Source: Dimorphilus gyrociliatus (Eukaryota > Animalia > Annelida). From it: DNA of 64,000 bases. Shown piece by piece: positions 25,438 through 37,535 of the stretch. Within the stretch, counting starts at the first letter, position 1. Every line of letters starts with the position of its first letter. Made by a program: the position numbers and the translations under genes. The notes below the pieces were generated by a model. It was given only the letters and a program-made list of their open reading frames with translations. It made no database searches and had not been told where the DNA came from. The DNA is taken from assembly GCA_904063045.1 (NCBI GenBank), contig CAJFCJ010000014.1, positions 372,001-436,000 of the forward strand. Direction: 5' to 3'.

Positions 25438-26690
25438 TTAGGCAATTGAATAATCCACTTTACAAACATCAATTGATAGATTTTTATTATTCAGAATTAG
25501 TAGAAAGCTTCCAGAACTGGTGTTATTGACACAAGTATATTTGCAGTAGGAGTTATCTAATAAGGTGATATCACAACGACTCGTATAGTCATTTCCGTTA
25601 GATAATTTTCTACTTACTGCTAAATTATGAAGGATATGGTGGATGATTAATATCATAGTTCCTGTTTACCAAAAGCATTAACCTAGAGATTGAATTTCTT
25701 GAAAACTTTAATGGAAAACACGTTGAATCATCATGATCAATAAAAAGATTTAATGACTTTTCATATTGACAATCAAAATTTTCAAGAGAACTTAATTCTG
25801 ATATAGAATTTTCATCTAAAATCTTACCGTAAACTTTAACAGTTGCAAAGCCAGGTGAAAGATTCTGGTATAAGGATAGTATTATAATCTTTAACGTTTT
25901 AGTTGTATAATTCTTATCAAGTTCAATTTCAACTTCATCCAATCTACCGCTTGGCATTATAAAATTCATAAAGCTACCATCTTCCATTTCCAGGTCAATG
26001 TTCTTCCTTTGTTGAAGGATAACTTTATAAATTGTATATCGGGATTCAAATATAAGTTCATAGAATGCGGGTGTTGTTGTATCTGAGGCCTCCCATTCCC
26101 TACCTGTTTCTAATGATAGAGTAGATGGATCTTAATAACTCAATTCGTTTAAAGCGAATTGACATAATTTATTACCCCTGAAACTAGACTGACTACATAA
26201 TGTACCCCTATTAAATTGAGCTATATTTCTTTCTGATCTTATTCCATTATCTGTAAACTTGATTTCCGAACCTTCAACTTTTGACGGACAAAATTTGTAT
26301 TTACAAAAGTAGACAAATGCATAAATTTGAATTTCCCCAACACCATTAGAAAATGTCAATGTTATTTTCGTTCGAGAATTTTCCATTCCATCAAAAAATG
26401 CTGATGGTATTAATTTCAGCAAGCAAATTCCAGTGTAAATTGATCCAAAATTTTACTGGATTTGGAAATGTTGATAGCCAAAAGTGTGGAATGCTTGAAT
26501 TAACGTTAAAGATTCCATCATAAACTTTTTCACAATTATGATCTTCATCTTGAAAAGATGAAATTTGGAATTCAATTGAAAATTTGGAATTTATTATATT
26601 CATTAACTGTCTGCCATATTTTGAATTTGACGATATTGTTGAAAAACTTGAAATATATAATAAAAGAGAGAAAGAATAAAAATTGAACAT
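25438..26690 (-). pseudogene. Disrupted secreted protein with galactose-binding-like (F5/8 type C/discoidin-like) repeats
   Basis: Signal-like N-terminus MFNFYSFSLLLYISSFS; FWINLHW, ITLTFSNG and GFATVKVYG segments. Frameshift in a T run near 26395, in-frame TAA at 26132-26134, and a further frame change near 25640. Confidence 0.55.
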
Positions 26691-26948
26691 TTGTCACTTT
26701 CTAATATTCAGAATGATTGAATATTATTCAAGTAAAAACTTCATTATTCTTATTTCCTACGTAGTTGCCTGTAAAAGATTTCCACTTAAGAGTAATAAAC
26801 TATGAAATACATAGATTACTTTATTATTTTTAAACTGTTGTTAATGATAAGAAACAGATTCGTTTGCATTTTCTACTTGTTGTATTACAACGATGTAGAA
26901 TACACAAATGTACATTATACATGTTTCAATATGGAAGTCATAATGGGA

Positions 26949-27669
26949 CTACTCCCTACAATTTCTCAAATGAGGGCAATTGGGAAAATGTTTCTTGTGC
27001 TCGTCAAGTGGTTTGTCCCCCAGACTCCACTTTCTTAAAATACCATTACAGAAGTAACATTGGACCCTATCAGCTAATCCTAAATAGAAAAATCCCACTC
27101 TTGCTAGTTCTTTTTCATCGATTACACTCTTGAGAGGCCAAGGATTTTTTGGATTTGTAAATGTATTTAGTCTATCCTTCTCTCTTGATAAATCCTCAGC
27201 ACTATTGTCGAATGTGTATGATGCGTTTAGATTTTTTTCGGCTGCTTTAGTCGGCATCTCTGGGCTGTCTTGCGCTGATTTTCCATAACGATTCGGTTTC
27301 GGACGTGCCTGCTGAACCGATTGTGACTGATTTCTAAGAGGATTACTGGAGGCAGCAGAGGGGACGTCAGAAAGTTCGTTATATTGAAATTCAAGCTTAT
27401 TTTCAGAATCATTAGACGATAATACAGCTTTTTCTTTTTTAGCACTCTGAGGAGAGTCCTTATAATATTCACAAGTAGTTTTATGTTTAAGATCTGTCAT
27501 GTCTTTTTCATAAAAACAGAAATGTTTTACTGCGCATTTATGACACGCAATACTATCATCGTCCCTGAAGTAATAATATCCATTATATGCCAATTGAGCG
27601 AAGGTACATTTACACATTTTACATTGTTTATAAGAAGAGAGTCGCTTAGTCGCCTTATCCATATTATAC

Positions 27670-27671
<2 letters not shown>
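26949..27671 (-). CDS. BIR-domain (IAP-family) protein, intronless, two BIRs, no RING
   Basis: BIR2 RLNTF..WP..ELARVGFFYLGLADRVQCYFCNGILRKWSLGDKPLDEHKKHFPNC; N-terminal BIR atypical (C-x2-C-x16-H-x3-C). Confidence 0.88.
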
Positions 27672-27702
<31 letters not shown>

Positions 27703-27722
27703 CATATATATATATAGGTATA
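27669..27722. repeat. (TA)n microsatellite, imperfect
   Basis: Direct reading. Confidence 0.9.
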
Positions 27723-28877
27723 TATCTAAATATGTTCGTAACTTTCAAAGATAGTCCGAAATTGAAATCAAGCTTCGGATAAAACTTTGAATGATAGATT
27801 ATTCGTACCAATATTTCTTATTTGAAAATATCTGTTAAAAATAACGACAAATATTAAATTATTATCATTAATAGTAGTAATTTTCTATTTTCAATTCTAT
27901 TTAATATAAAAAGCCCCGATTATCGCTCACTTTTTAGGGCGTATTATTTCAGATTACATTTCAAAATATCCATTTTAACTTAATATTACCAAAGTTATAA
28001 TTATATAATTCTCTGAACAATACAATTGACGAGAATTAAAGCCGTGAGTATTACTAAACACTCTGAAATAGTCAATGTACTTTCCCCATTCTAACACTTC
28101 TATAACCAGTTTTCAAATAAAACGTTGATAACCCTGACGAAAAATGTACTGTACCTGTAAGAACATCCAGTTTTTCGTATTTGTAGCTATTAAGATAATT
28201 GATAATGCTCCAACTATGTTTAACTTTTCCCTTCAACTTGGAGCGATCACAGCATATTACAGAATGAGCCTTCACAAAAAAGGGAATTTCCAGTTTCAAA
28301 AATAGCTCAATGGTTATACGGCTTATCAAAGAGCTATGGTTGGTGTTGGAATTTCCATGATTTTTATTCAACGGTTTTATCAATCGAACAGAAAAACCAG
28401 AAAGCTCATCCTATTATTTGTCTATAATAGTCTTTTTAATGTTTATCTGCTGTCTTGTTATTTAAAACTCTTTTTAGTTGATAATTTTCTATGTTTTTAC
28501 TTTCGATTTTCATTTAACTGATGTTATGTGGTGTTTTGGTGGCAAGGGTCAGTCTCCGGTTAGATAAACAAATCTTAAGATATTCATATTGAACTGCTTA
28601 TCTTTATGACAAATGTATACGTTATATAAAAACTGTACAGAGTCATTTCATTATTCATTTACTTTTATAAACGAAAGAAGGAAAACCCATCTTGGCCTAA
28701 ATTCACGACGCAATGCTTAATGCTTTTAATCGTTGAATAAAACCACATCATTTATCGTTTAATATAGAACCCTGGATTTGTCAATATTTCATTTCTATAT
28801 TTAGAGTTTTAGCCTGATAGAAATGATTAACACGAGATTTATAAATTAAATAATAAATGTAAATTATGCAATTGCTT

Positions 28878-29555
28878 TTAAATATTATTTCGTTTATTAA
28901 GTGCATATGAACAGTGTGGAAAATGTTTTAAATGTTCAACTAATGGTTTATCTCCATAGCTCCATTTGCGGAGTATTCCATTGCAATGGAAACATTGTAC
29001 TCTGTCTCCAACTCCCAAATAATGGAATCCTGCCTCTGCAAGCTCTTTTGCTTCAATGACATTTTTAAGGGGCCAATCTTTAAAAGTTAAATATCTTTGA
29101 GAGACTTTTTGCAAATCGTCTTTTAAAAACGTTCTATCCAGATTATTATCAATGCACGAATCGCAACAATCCGAATCGTTTGATGAAATACTGTCATCTT
29201 CCAGTGAATTTTTTTGAAATTGTTCCCGATTTTCCTCGTTTGACGAAGAGAATGAAGATAATGAAAGTGAATTTGTACAGCCTGAGGAAGGAAAACTTGT
29301 AAGACTTAGAGTCATTTTTTCAGCTTTATTCTTTTCCAATTCACGTTGCATTGAACAACCCGATTTATGAATTAATGACTGCATATTTAAATTTTCAAAG
29401 TTTGTAATTATACAACCACACTCAAAACATCTTATAGATCTATCATCATATACGTAATAGAAGCCCAACATAGATAATTTAGACCAGCTTAGACTCCAAG
29501 ATGGAGCATCTTTATATGTTCGTAATCTTGCTGGAAGCTTTATGAAGGTCATCAT
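28878..29555 (-). CDS. Second BIR-domain (IAP-family) paralogue, intronless, two BIRs, no RING
   Basis: ATG at 29555 (MMTFIKLPARLRTY); BIR2 RYLTFKDWP..ELAEAGFHYLGVGDRVQCFHC...EHLKHFPHC; Ser-rich linker. Confidence 0.88.
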   Translation of the reverse strand: MMTFIKLPARLRTYKDAPSWSLSWSKLSMLGFYYVYDDRSIRCFECGCIITNFENLNMQSLIHKSGCSMQRELEKNKAEKMTLSLTSFPSSGCTNSLSLSSFSSSNEENREQFQKNSLEDDSISSNDSDCCDSCIDNNLDRTFLKDDLQKVSQRYLTFKDWPLKNVIEAKELAEAGFHYLGVGDRVQCFHCNGILRKWSYGDKPLVEHLKHFPHCSYALNKRNNI

Positions 29556-31152
29556 AAAGTTATTAATTCGAATTTTCCCAAAAACGAATACCACTACGTT
29601 GCCCTAATTAGATAAACAATACCCTTTAGGTGCAACTCTTCTTTACCAAGAATATATAAATATCTACGAAGACAAATCCAATAGAACAGTGTCGTGGACA
29701 TTATCTAACTAAAAGTTATATGTTATATATAATATATATATAAGCATAAAACCATAGGAATTCCAGTTTCGTCTCGACGGATTAATGTAAACAAATGCCA
29801 TATTCATCGTTTTTTTTATGTTACTTTTACTGTTTACTTCCTATTCTTCCTTTTTCTACAAAATGTTTACTTTTTGAATTCCATATCACCTCTCATATTG
29901 ATGGATTGAAGAGATAAAGACGTTGGACGACTATTTACCAAAACAACAAGTGCTTGTTATATCAGTTAAAGATACGTTTTTATTTTTAGACCTAGGATAA
30001 ATACATTATACTCACTTCAGACAAATAATCTATCAATTGAACCAATTTTATCATATTGTTTAGTTCGATCATGTAGAAATATAAGAATATCTGCCTTTGT
30101 AACTACTATAATAGTCGATAGATGTCTCCACTGTCGGGAGATGTCACCAACCCAACCGCTAGCAGGCGCATCTTGACGCAGCACCCGGCGTCAAAAACTG
30201 ACAGATCAATATACTAGCGTTTCTGGCGTTAACAAGGCGTCCCTCCCCCTATTCGCCGGTATTAAACCGTAAGTACTCTCTAATTTTAAAAGAACACCCT
30301 TAAAAAAAATATATCCTTATCGTACTCGTGCCTATTACGTAATGCCTGAGAGAGATAGAGAGAGGGAGAGACAGAAATCGATGCCGAGGAGAAAGAGAGA
30401 AGTGGCGAATTCTTAAAGGGCACCCGGTTAATCGGAAATACTAGGATTCCATTCCGCTCTTATTCTAGCGTCTTCTTTTTCGTACAACAGCTATTTTAAA
30501 GATAGATTTACTGCTATCAATAATGAGTTAACGTTTACCCTTTTAAAGCTTAGGGAGCAATAGAGCGATACCTAAGGTGCTTTTGAACCCCACCGGAAAT
30601 GAATGAACATGACAAGTTGATAGAAGAGCGTGTTTATTAATCAATTATTAACGGTGAGTAGCGTCGATTGTTCAAGAAAGTCATACTGATCAATAATCAT
30701 AGTACCAGTCTTTTATAGTATTATCACGAATACAGTTAAATAGCAGAAAAATTATGACGCCTACGTTTTCTTCTTTCATTCTACTTTTTCCTTACATCTT
30801 ATTTTTTCTCCGTCTTCTTATTCCTTTTCCTCTTTCCCTTTTTCCCGTCCCTTGTCCGCCGTCTTCTATCGTCTTCTTTCTTTATTGTATATTATGTATG
30901 TCTTTTATTATTTCTTAACTTTTATCTTATTTTCGCCAATTCCAGGTGATATTCGAATGAAGCGAACAAATCGAAAAAGTACGAGTTTTTAATTACAACG
31001 TTCCTTTGTCGTCTTTGACGAAAAACTGTAAAGAAGAGAGAAGAGAGGATAGGGAGGAAGAGAGATAGCTAAAGAAAAAGTTGGCATATCCTTGTCTCTC
31101 TTTCATTCTCTTTCTCTTTTTCCCCATTCTTCTAATTCGTTTTTTATATATT

Positions 31153-32774
31153 ATGAATTGTCAAACGAATGAATCGACGTCACCGAATGGGAAATGGAAT
31201 ATTCTACAATCTTTGGCTATTTGTTTGTGCTTAATGAGCATTCGTTCTCTGTGGTCGTTCGCTTATCTCATGCTGCTACCGCATTCGTCCGCGTCCCTAC
31301 TACCCTATTACATCTACCTCTTCCTCCTAATGGCGCCTGCAATTTTCCTCCAATTCGAGGTCGGCGCAACTTATAAAGCGGGAATCGCTAGGATTTGCAC
31401 CAAGGCCAAACCGCTCTTTAAAGGTTTTAAAAATTATATCTTTCATCATAAGTACGATGGTAGAATAATCTGTCTTTCTAATGTTTTGATAGACTCTTTT
31501 CCTTCTCCTTCTTCTTCTTCTTCCAATACTCTTTTGATTTCCTCTTAAGTTCTTCTGCTTGCCCTTATATATTTTTAATCATTATAACTACAGTTAAATT
31601 TAAAAGTAATTGCAGTTGTTGCAGCACTTATCACATTAATTTTTTTATTCTCTTTGCTATCGGGGTTTTTTTTACATGTTTTTCATGGAGATAGGGTAAA
31701 AAGAGAAGGAAAAATGTCGAATGAAAATTCATAGTTAGTAGAAAGTGTATACTGCAATTGGAACGGGAGACGTCTCTTAGCAATCCCGTATAACCGTTCG
31801 ACTGTAACCAGTAAGCCAATATGTAAAAATTTTGCCTAAACTGACGTCCGACCAATCAAGAAGCAGGCGCTGCCTGCCCAGATTGTCGCCTAAAAAAATA
31901 TGGCTAGTGTTCAGCGGAACAAATACTTTAAAATGAATAAAACGAGTTAGAGGCGTCTGAAATTGTTAAATTAGATTTAGAAGCAGACACATGATAGAGA
32001 CGCGGCCTTTCCGTTCTCTTCTCATTTCCAATTTCATCGTACTAGTAGAAAATTTGCTTAATCAATCACTTTTACATATTATATCGTTTTTCTATGCAAG
32101 CTTATGGATGATAGTATTGATTGAAAGTAAATAATTAATCAACAGGAATCGGCATCGCTTACATAATAAAACTGGTGCTAACAATCATATACATGCAGTA
32201 TCCACTTGGGCATATCATCTATATTTTATATAAAGTTATTCAGGGTGACGTTCGAACATGGAATTCTAAAGATTTAAATTTTGGAAGCCTTATAAATAGT
32301 ACCACAGCTAGACCAAGGGACACATTCTATCAACTAGACATACTCCGAACACACAAGTCCGAAGGACTAGGGCACAATGGTACATTTGTTTGGTACCTCT
32401 CTCTATGCTCTATTCTCGTATTCGTCCTCATCTTTTTCTATACTCATAGAGGTCCCAGATTTTTTGGATGGGTAAGCATTTCTGTTTTCTTACCTTTTTA
32501 TGTCTTTGTACAGTATACATTAGACTAAATGTATGTATATATATGTATATTTCCCTACTTAATCGATTTTCAATTACCGAGATATTTACCTGTGATGCAC
32601 TTGACGAAAAATATGAATGAAATAAGACGTCTATTATAATTTAGCATTTGAAAGCCCCTAAAAGCCTGTAATAGTTCTTTACGACATAAAAATCGACGTT
32701 TAACAAATAATAAACGTAAGAAAGATGGATAGATGGATAAAAGATAGATAGATAGATAGATAGATAGATGGATG

Positions 32775-32823
<49 letters not shown>

Positions 32824-35800
32824 AGAAAAAGGAAGGAAATGAAAAATAAAACCGTGATTTTTTATGTTTTATTCTTCAAAAAAAGGTTGTTTTTCCTTTT
32901 TTATTCCACAAGTACACCATGTACAGATTACCAATCAAGTTTTTATTGATGTAATAAATGTCAAGGCTACGCCTGTAAGCTGTTTTAGTAGGAGGTTGAT
33001 TATACTATTTAACAATTACTACTCTCTTAATTATTCTATATAGACATTCTTTTATTCTAATTTCCTTTATAATATTTTCATAGATTTAACATTTGTCAGC
33101 AGTTTTTTTTATATTTACTATTGTTTAACAGATTGTCCTTTTATCAGCAACCTTTTCATTTGCTCTCTTCATCCTCTTTATTGCCTATGCCTTTTCCGCA
33201 TTAAAATTCTCCAAGGAAGAAAGCGCTACTAAAAGTTTAAATTTAGTCTACGAGGCGGATTGGCGGAGGTTAGGCTTAAAGAATCGTTCAAATCCTAGTC
33301 AAACTACTCTACCAAAGGCAACGTTCAACGTCCTATACCAACCTGAACCTCCCGTCATTAAACAACCTGACGCTCTACTGGTGAGTCAGGCTTGCGTAAG
33401 TGTAAAAATCAAGCGCGCCATCTGTGCTTTTTAGATCATATTTACTGTATGTATATCTTAAGATAAGAAGAAAAGACAAAGGGATTATGAGCGCAATACA
33501 ATCTTACAGTTCTTTATTTTTTGTATACATATATATATACTGTATAAGGTATATACTAAGATATTAATAGCTCACAATGGCGAAATGAAACGCCTCTTTC
33601 GTTAAATGATTTCGTAGTTAAGCCAACCGATTGTAAGAAATATTCATTAAGTATTAATACTGTATAGGTTAAAAAAAAGTATAAAAAAGAAAAAAGCCGT
33701 GTCATTTTCATTGATAGATCTGGTTAAGACCGTTGATAGAAGTCGTTTTAGCATCCCAAATTGGTTCTGGAATATTGCCAGCCGTTGGAAAATTTGGTGG
33801 GAATCGATTGGGAAGGATAGTGCCAATTTTTTTCACTCTATTCGTTGCCGTATTACCGCATTTGTGCACTTGCGCAATACTGCCCTATATCGATTTATAT
33901 TTACACGTAATTTGGACGCATAGAGAGAAGAAACATCATAAAGAAGTTTGGTACAGACATGGTTTGTAAATAATTAATAAATATAAAATTATAGACAAAT
34001 AAATTCGTTTGCTTATGCAATATTCGATATATTAAAACGAAATTTTCAGCTCCCTTCTCGGGACCTTTGTTCCAAGAAGGCCTTTGGGCTTTTATGGGCT
34101 CAGATATTGGGATTACTCCTGCAATTCGTATTCTATTCTTCGTCATGTTATTCTTTATTCAATTCCATATCGTAGTAAGTGCTTGCCTTTTATTCCATTT
34201 ACCATTATTACTTTTACTATAACTATTATTACTATTATTACTATAACTTATTTGTGTACTTATCTCTTTTATCTCTGCTTACTTTTAATATAAACCATCG
34301 ACTATTTAACCATCTCTTACCTGTTTAACAGGCTTTGTACATGTTGGTGTTATTGGATTCACTAGAAGAGTACCTTTTGCCTCTCTGGAAAAGAGCTTTA
34401 ACTCAGTCCAAGTGCATTTTTCGAATGACATTATCGTTTAGTCTATGTGCCTTGATGTACCTTCTTACTCTACCTTTAAACTTTTCGGTAAGTTGTTAAA
34501 CACAAGCCTTTCTTCCCCCTTCCCACCTTCTCTCTATCTTATCTACATCCTACACTCTCATTCGCCTTACGCGCTCACTCCTCTCTCTTCCTTAAGCTCT
34601 TCTCCTTACCTTTTTTCTTACCTAAATAGGGAGGATTTTATTGGATAGCTATTCTAGACGGCTATACAGAAAAACTACTCTGCCTCTTAATACTATTTAG
34701 TATCGTACCATTTACAATATCTTATCGTAAGTTTTCTCATTAAGTATCCCATTAGTTTTTTACTAACATTACATAATTATAGTAAAAAAGAGACCGAAAA
34801 CATATTGCGGTACATTATTATGTATCTGGTTTTGTTTCTCATCAGTTATCGTATCGGTAAGTACAATATTAAAAGACTTTTTTTTTCAAGATTTTGTTCT
34901 CATTAGTTATCACAGTAATTATTAATTTTACTTAGTGTATAGATAGGTGGCGCACGATAAAAACCGAGCAGTTTATAATCTAATAATTTCGCTTTTTGCG
35001 CTTGACTATGTCACTTGTGCGACTTTTAAGTGTAGGTTTTGCATGATTGAGTATCCTTCCTTTTTCATAATTTAGTACATTTAATTCCCTTGCAAAGTAT
35101 AAGATGTTTGGAATATATAACGATATAATACACGCATGTAGATAGATGCATCACTCTCTCTCTCTCTCCCTGCAGAGATACTTGTCGGTCTGCCCAAATT
35201 GCAAATTTACATGCTAGTAATTACGACGCACAGTACTTTAAACCAAGAAGATTACTTGAGATATTGAGCGGCTTTTTGATTATGTAACTTACTAATTAAT
35301 TTCGCTACCAGTGCCACCTTATTAGCATTGACAAAAGCTTAATAATTAATAACTAACTATGCGTAGGCTGATTCCGTTTTATTTTTCCTCTTTTCATTTA
35401 TCATTTCTTTTTAATGAAAGACGGCGAATGTCGTCAAGTCTTGCTTTTGGTCAGAGATTACGTCAAGTTCACTTGTAAGAAACAAAGAAAAAAAAAAGAA
35501 ACGCTCAATTTTCTTCAATGAGCACTAATTGCCATTCCCGGAGACTTTTAATTAGTTTAATAAATCTATTAAATATACAATATATATGACTATCTATCTC
35601 TATTATCAATGGCTGTAGGCATAAGGAGATTGATTGTAAAGAGCGGGTAATATGCAGAAAGAATATACTCTATATAAAGTATATAAATTTATATATCTAT
35701 ATATGTATCCCTCGCTTGAAATAATATTAAAAAGACGAGCAAGCTGTAGCTGTTTTATCCGTAGGCAATACTGGTTTTTTACAGTACGAATTCATTACGT

Positions 35801-36296
35801 ATATCAACAGGGACTATTGGCTTTCCACGCTTTAGGCGATCTCCTATCGAATGCCTCCTCAATTCTCAAATTTTCTATAATCCGAGCCGTCGCTAACCGC
35901 AAATTTGGCATCTATCATTTCGATAAGCGAGCAGTTGTACTTGGTTGGCTAATTTCGGCAACTCCCATACTGGTCGGTTTATTAGCCGGTCTGTTCCACA
36001 CCATCGTCACCAGCGATGGAAGTTTCACAGTTCGCCTTAATTATTTGTTTAGCGGACGAAAGTCTCAAAGGATGGAAGCGAGATCTAATCATGACCTCTT
36101 GGCGACGGGAACTATCGAAACTGTCCAGCCAACTGACGAGTTATTGGTTGAAAACAAGCCAGAGCCGACAGTAAGATCTTGGTACGAATCTTACGAAGAA
36201 GCAGTGTCAAAATCAGCAACTTTACCGCTAGTTCGGACAGCCGTTCCACCACATCCATCAGCAACTCTACCACGTATAAAAGAGAATTACGTTTAA
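31153..36296 (+). CDS. Divergent SLC6 (sodium:neurotransmitter symporter)-like membrane protein, about 10 exons
   Basis: Segments align in order with SLC6: SLWSFAYL..PY..L..P..LQFEVG..PLFKG; DIL..SEGL..G..W.L..C; ATFSF..ADW; IWL..EVV..GSG; LFFVML; GGFYW..LDGY; GWLI..PI. Long cytoplasmic tail. Confidence 0.75.
32745..32820. repeat. (GATA)n-(TA)n compound microsatellite in an SLC6 intron
   Basis: Direct reading. Confidence 0.9.
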
Positions 36297-37535
36297 AATG
36301 GATGAAAAGGCTAGTGGGAGGTTATGATGAAGAAAATGGGCGGAATGATTTGGGGATTGAGGGTAAAATGGAAAGAGGGTAAAATTCGTCTAATTTTTTT
36401 GTCATTGTTGCAAATTAACCATTTTAATTAATTTTCCAAGAATTTGCAGTATTTAACTTTAAAATGACGATGATAGAAAAGGTTAAATAGGACAAAAAAG
36501 AAAATTCTATTTATTCTCTGCATATGAGATTCTAGTCGAGATAAAAAAAAATGTCGAAATGTAGAAAAAAGAGAAATTATTGGTGAAATGTAGATGTTTC
36601 TTTTTCATATTTTGGTAATGTTTGTTTAGAAACGAAATGCTCAGACGTTTTTCTCTCTTTTATGTTAATTTTTTTCCTTTATTTTATGCTGTTAAGAATT
36701 GAAACAAATACAAACAAACAATAATCAAACGAATAAGGAAATCGTTAGTAGATATATTGTTACACTTTATTAGGAAAGTACCAACGGGAAATTACAGAGA
36801 GAATGTTGTCGAATTAATTTCCAAGTTATTTATGGCTGTTTTTAGGTAATGCGTCAGTTTGATTAGTCGTCTGTATCTCTATTCTTCTCTTCTTTCAATT
36901 GCGAGATACGAATCATCTATCTAATATTCTATTTCTATAGATGGAAAGGAATAGTAATTCTGAAGTGGTTAATTAAGATAAAGACCATTTGGTATGTTTA
37001 TCGCATGTCAACGACGTATTTTAGGCGTTTTCACTTCACCTAAAGTATCTTTTGTAGTAGAAAAGAAGAAATAGGTAAATTCTCACGATTTTGTAAGCTA
37101 AAAAATACTGCCTACTCTTTCTTCCGCAAAATACAGTTGGCCCGTTGAGAAAAAAGAAAAAAATTATTGTTTATATAGGATAACTTTGGCAAGCTGGTCG
37201 ATAATCCCTCATCTGCGCCTATTCATTCATTTCTGCAATATAGCACGGTAGAATTAGGTGGGATGTACTGGTCAAACTTCAATAGGCATCTCAGTTTTCT
37301 ATTCAATACCTAAGCAGTTAAAATCATTATTGGATAACCTTCAATTTAGCCTTTGTATAGCCTTCATAAAACAATGTACATTTTATTCAATATTATATAG
37401 ACTGAACACTTTCAGCTGCTGTAAATTTTCGTTATATTTTGCTACATTTTAATATTGTAATATTAAAATAGGATAAATGCATCTATATTTATATTTATAT
37501 CTCAAATAGAAAGTCTTCAAACAGAAAAATGATTT

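Noticed and set aside
27483-27811. ORFs such as 27483-27782, 27527-27811 and the YIYIYI start of 5343-6131
   Set aside because: They are produced by (TA)n microsatellite or intron sequence, or lie antisense to real genes; not independent coding regions.
30130-30260. GC-richer patch that could be a structured ncRNA
   Set aside because: No recognisable tRNA, snRNA or snoRNA boxes or stable long stem; most likely promoter or 5' region of the SLC6-like gene.
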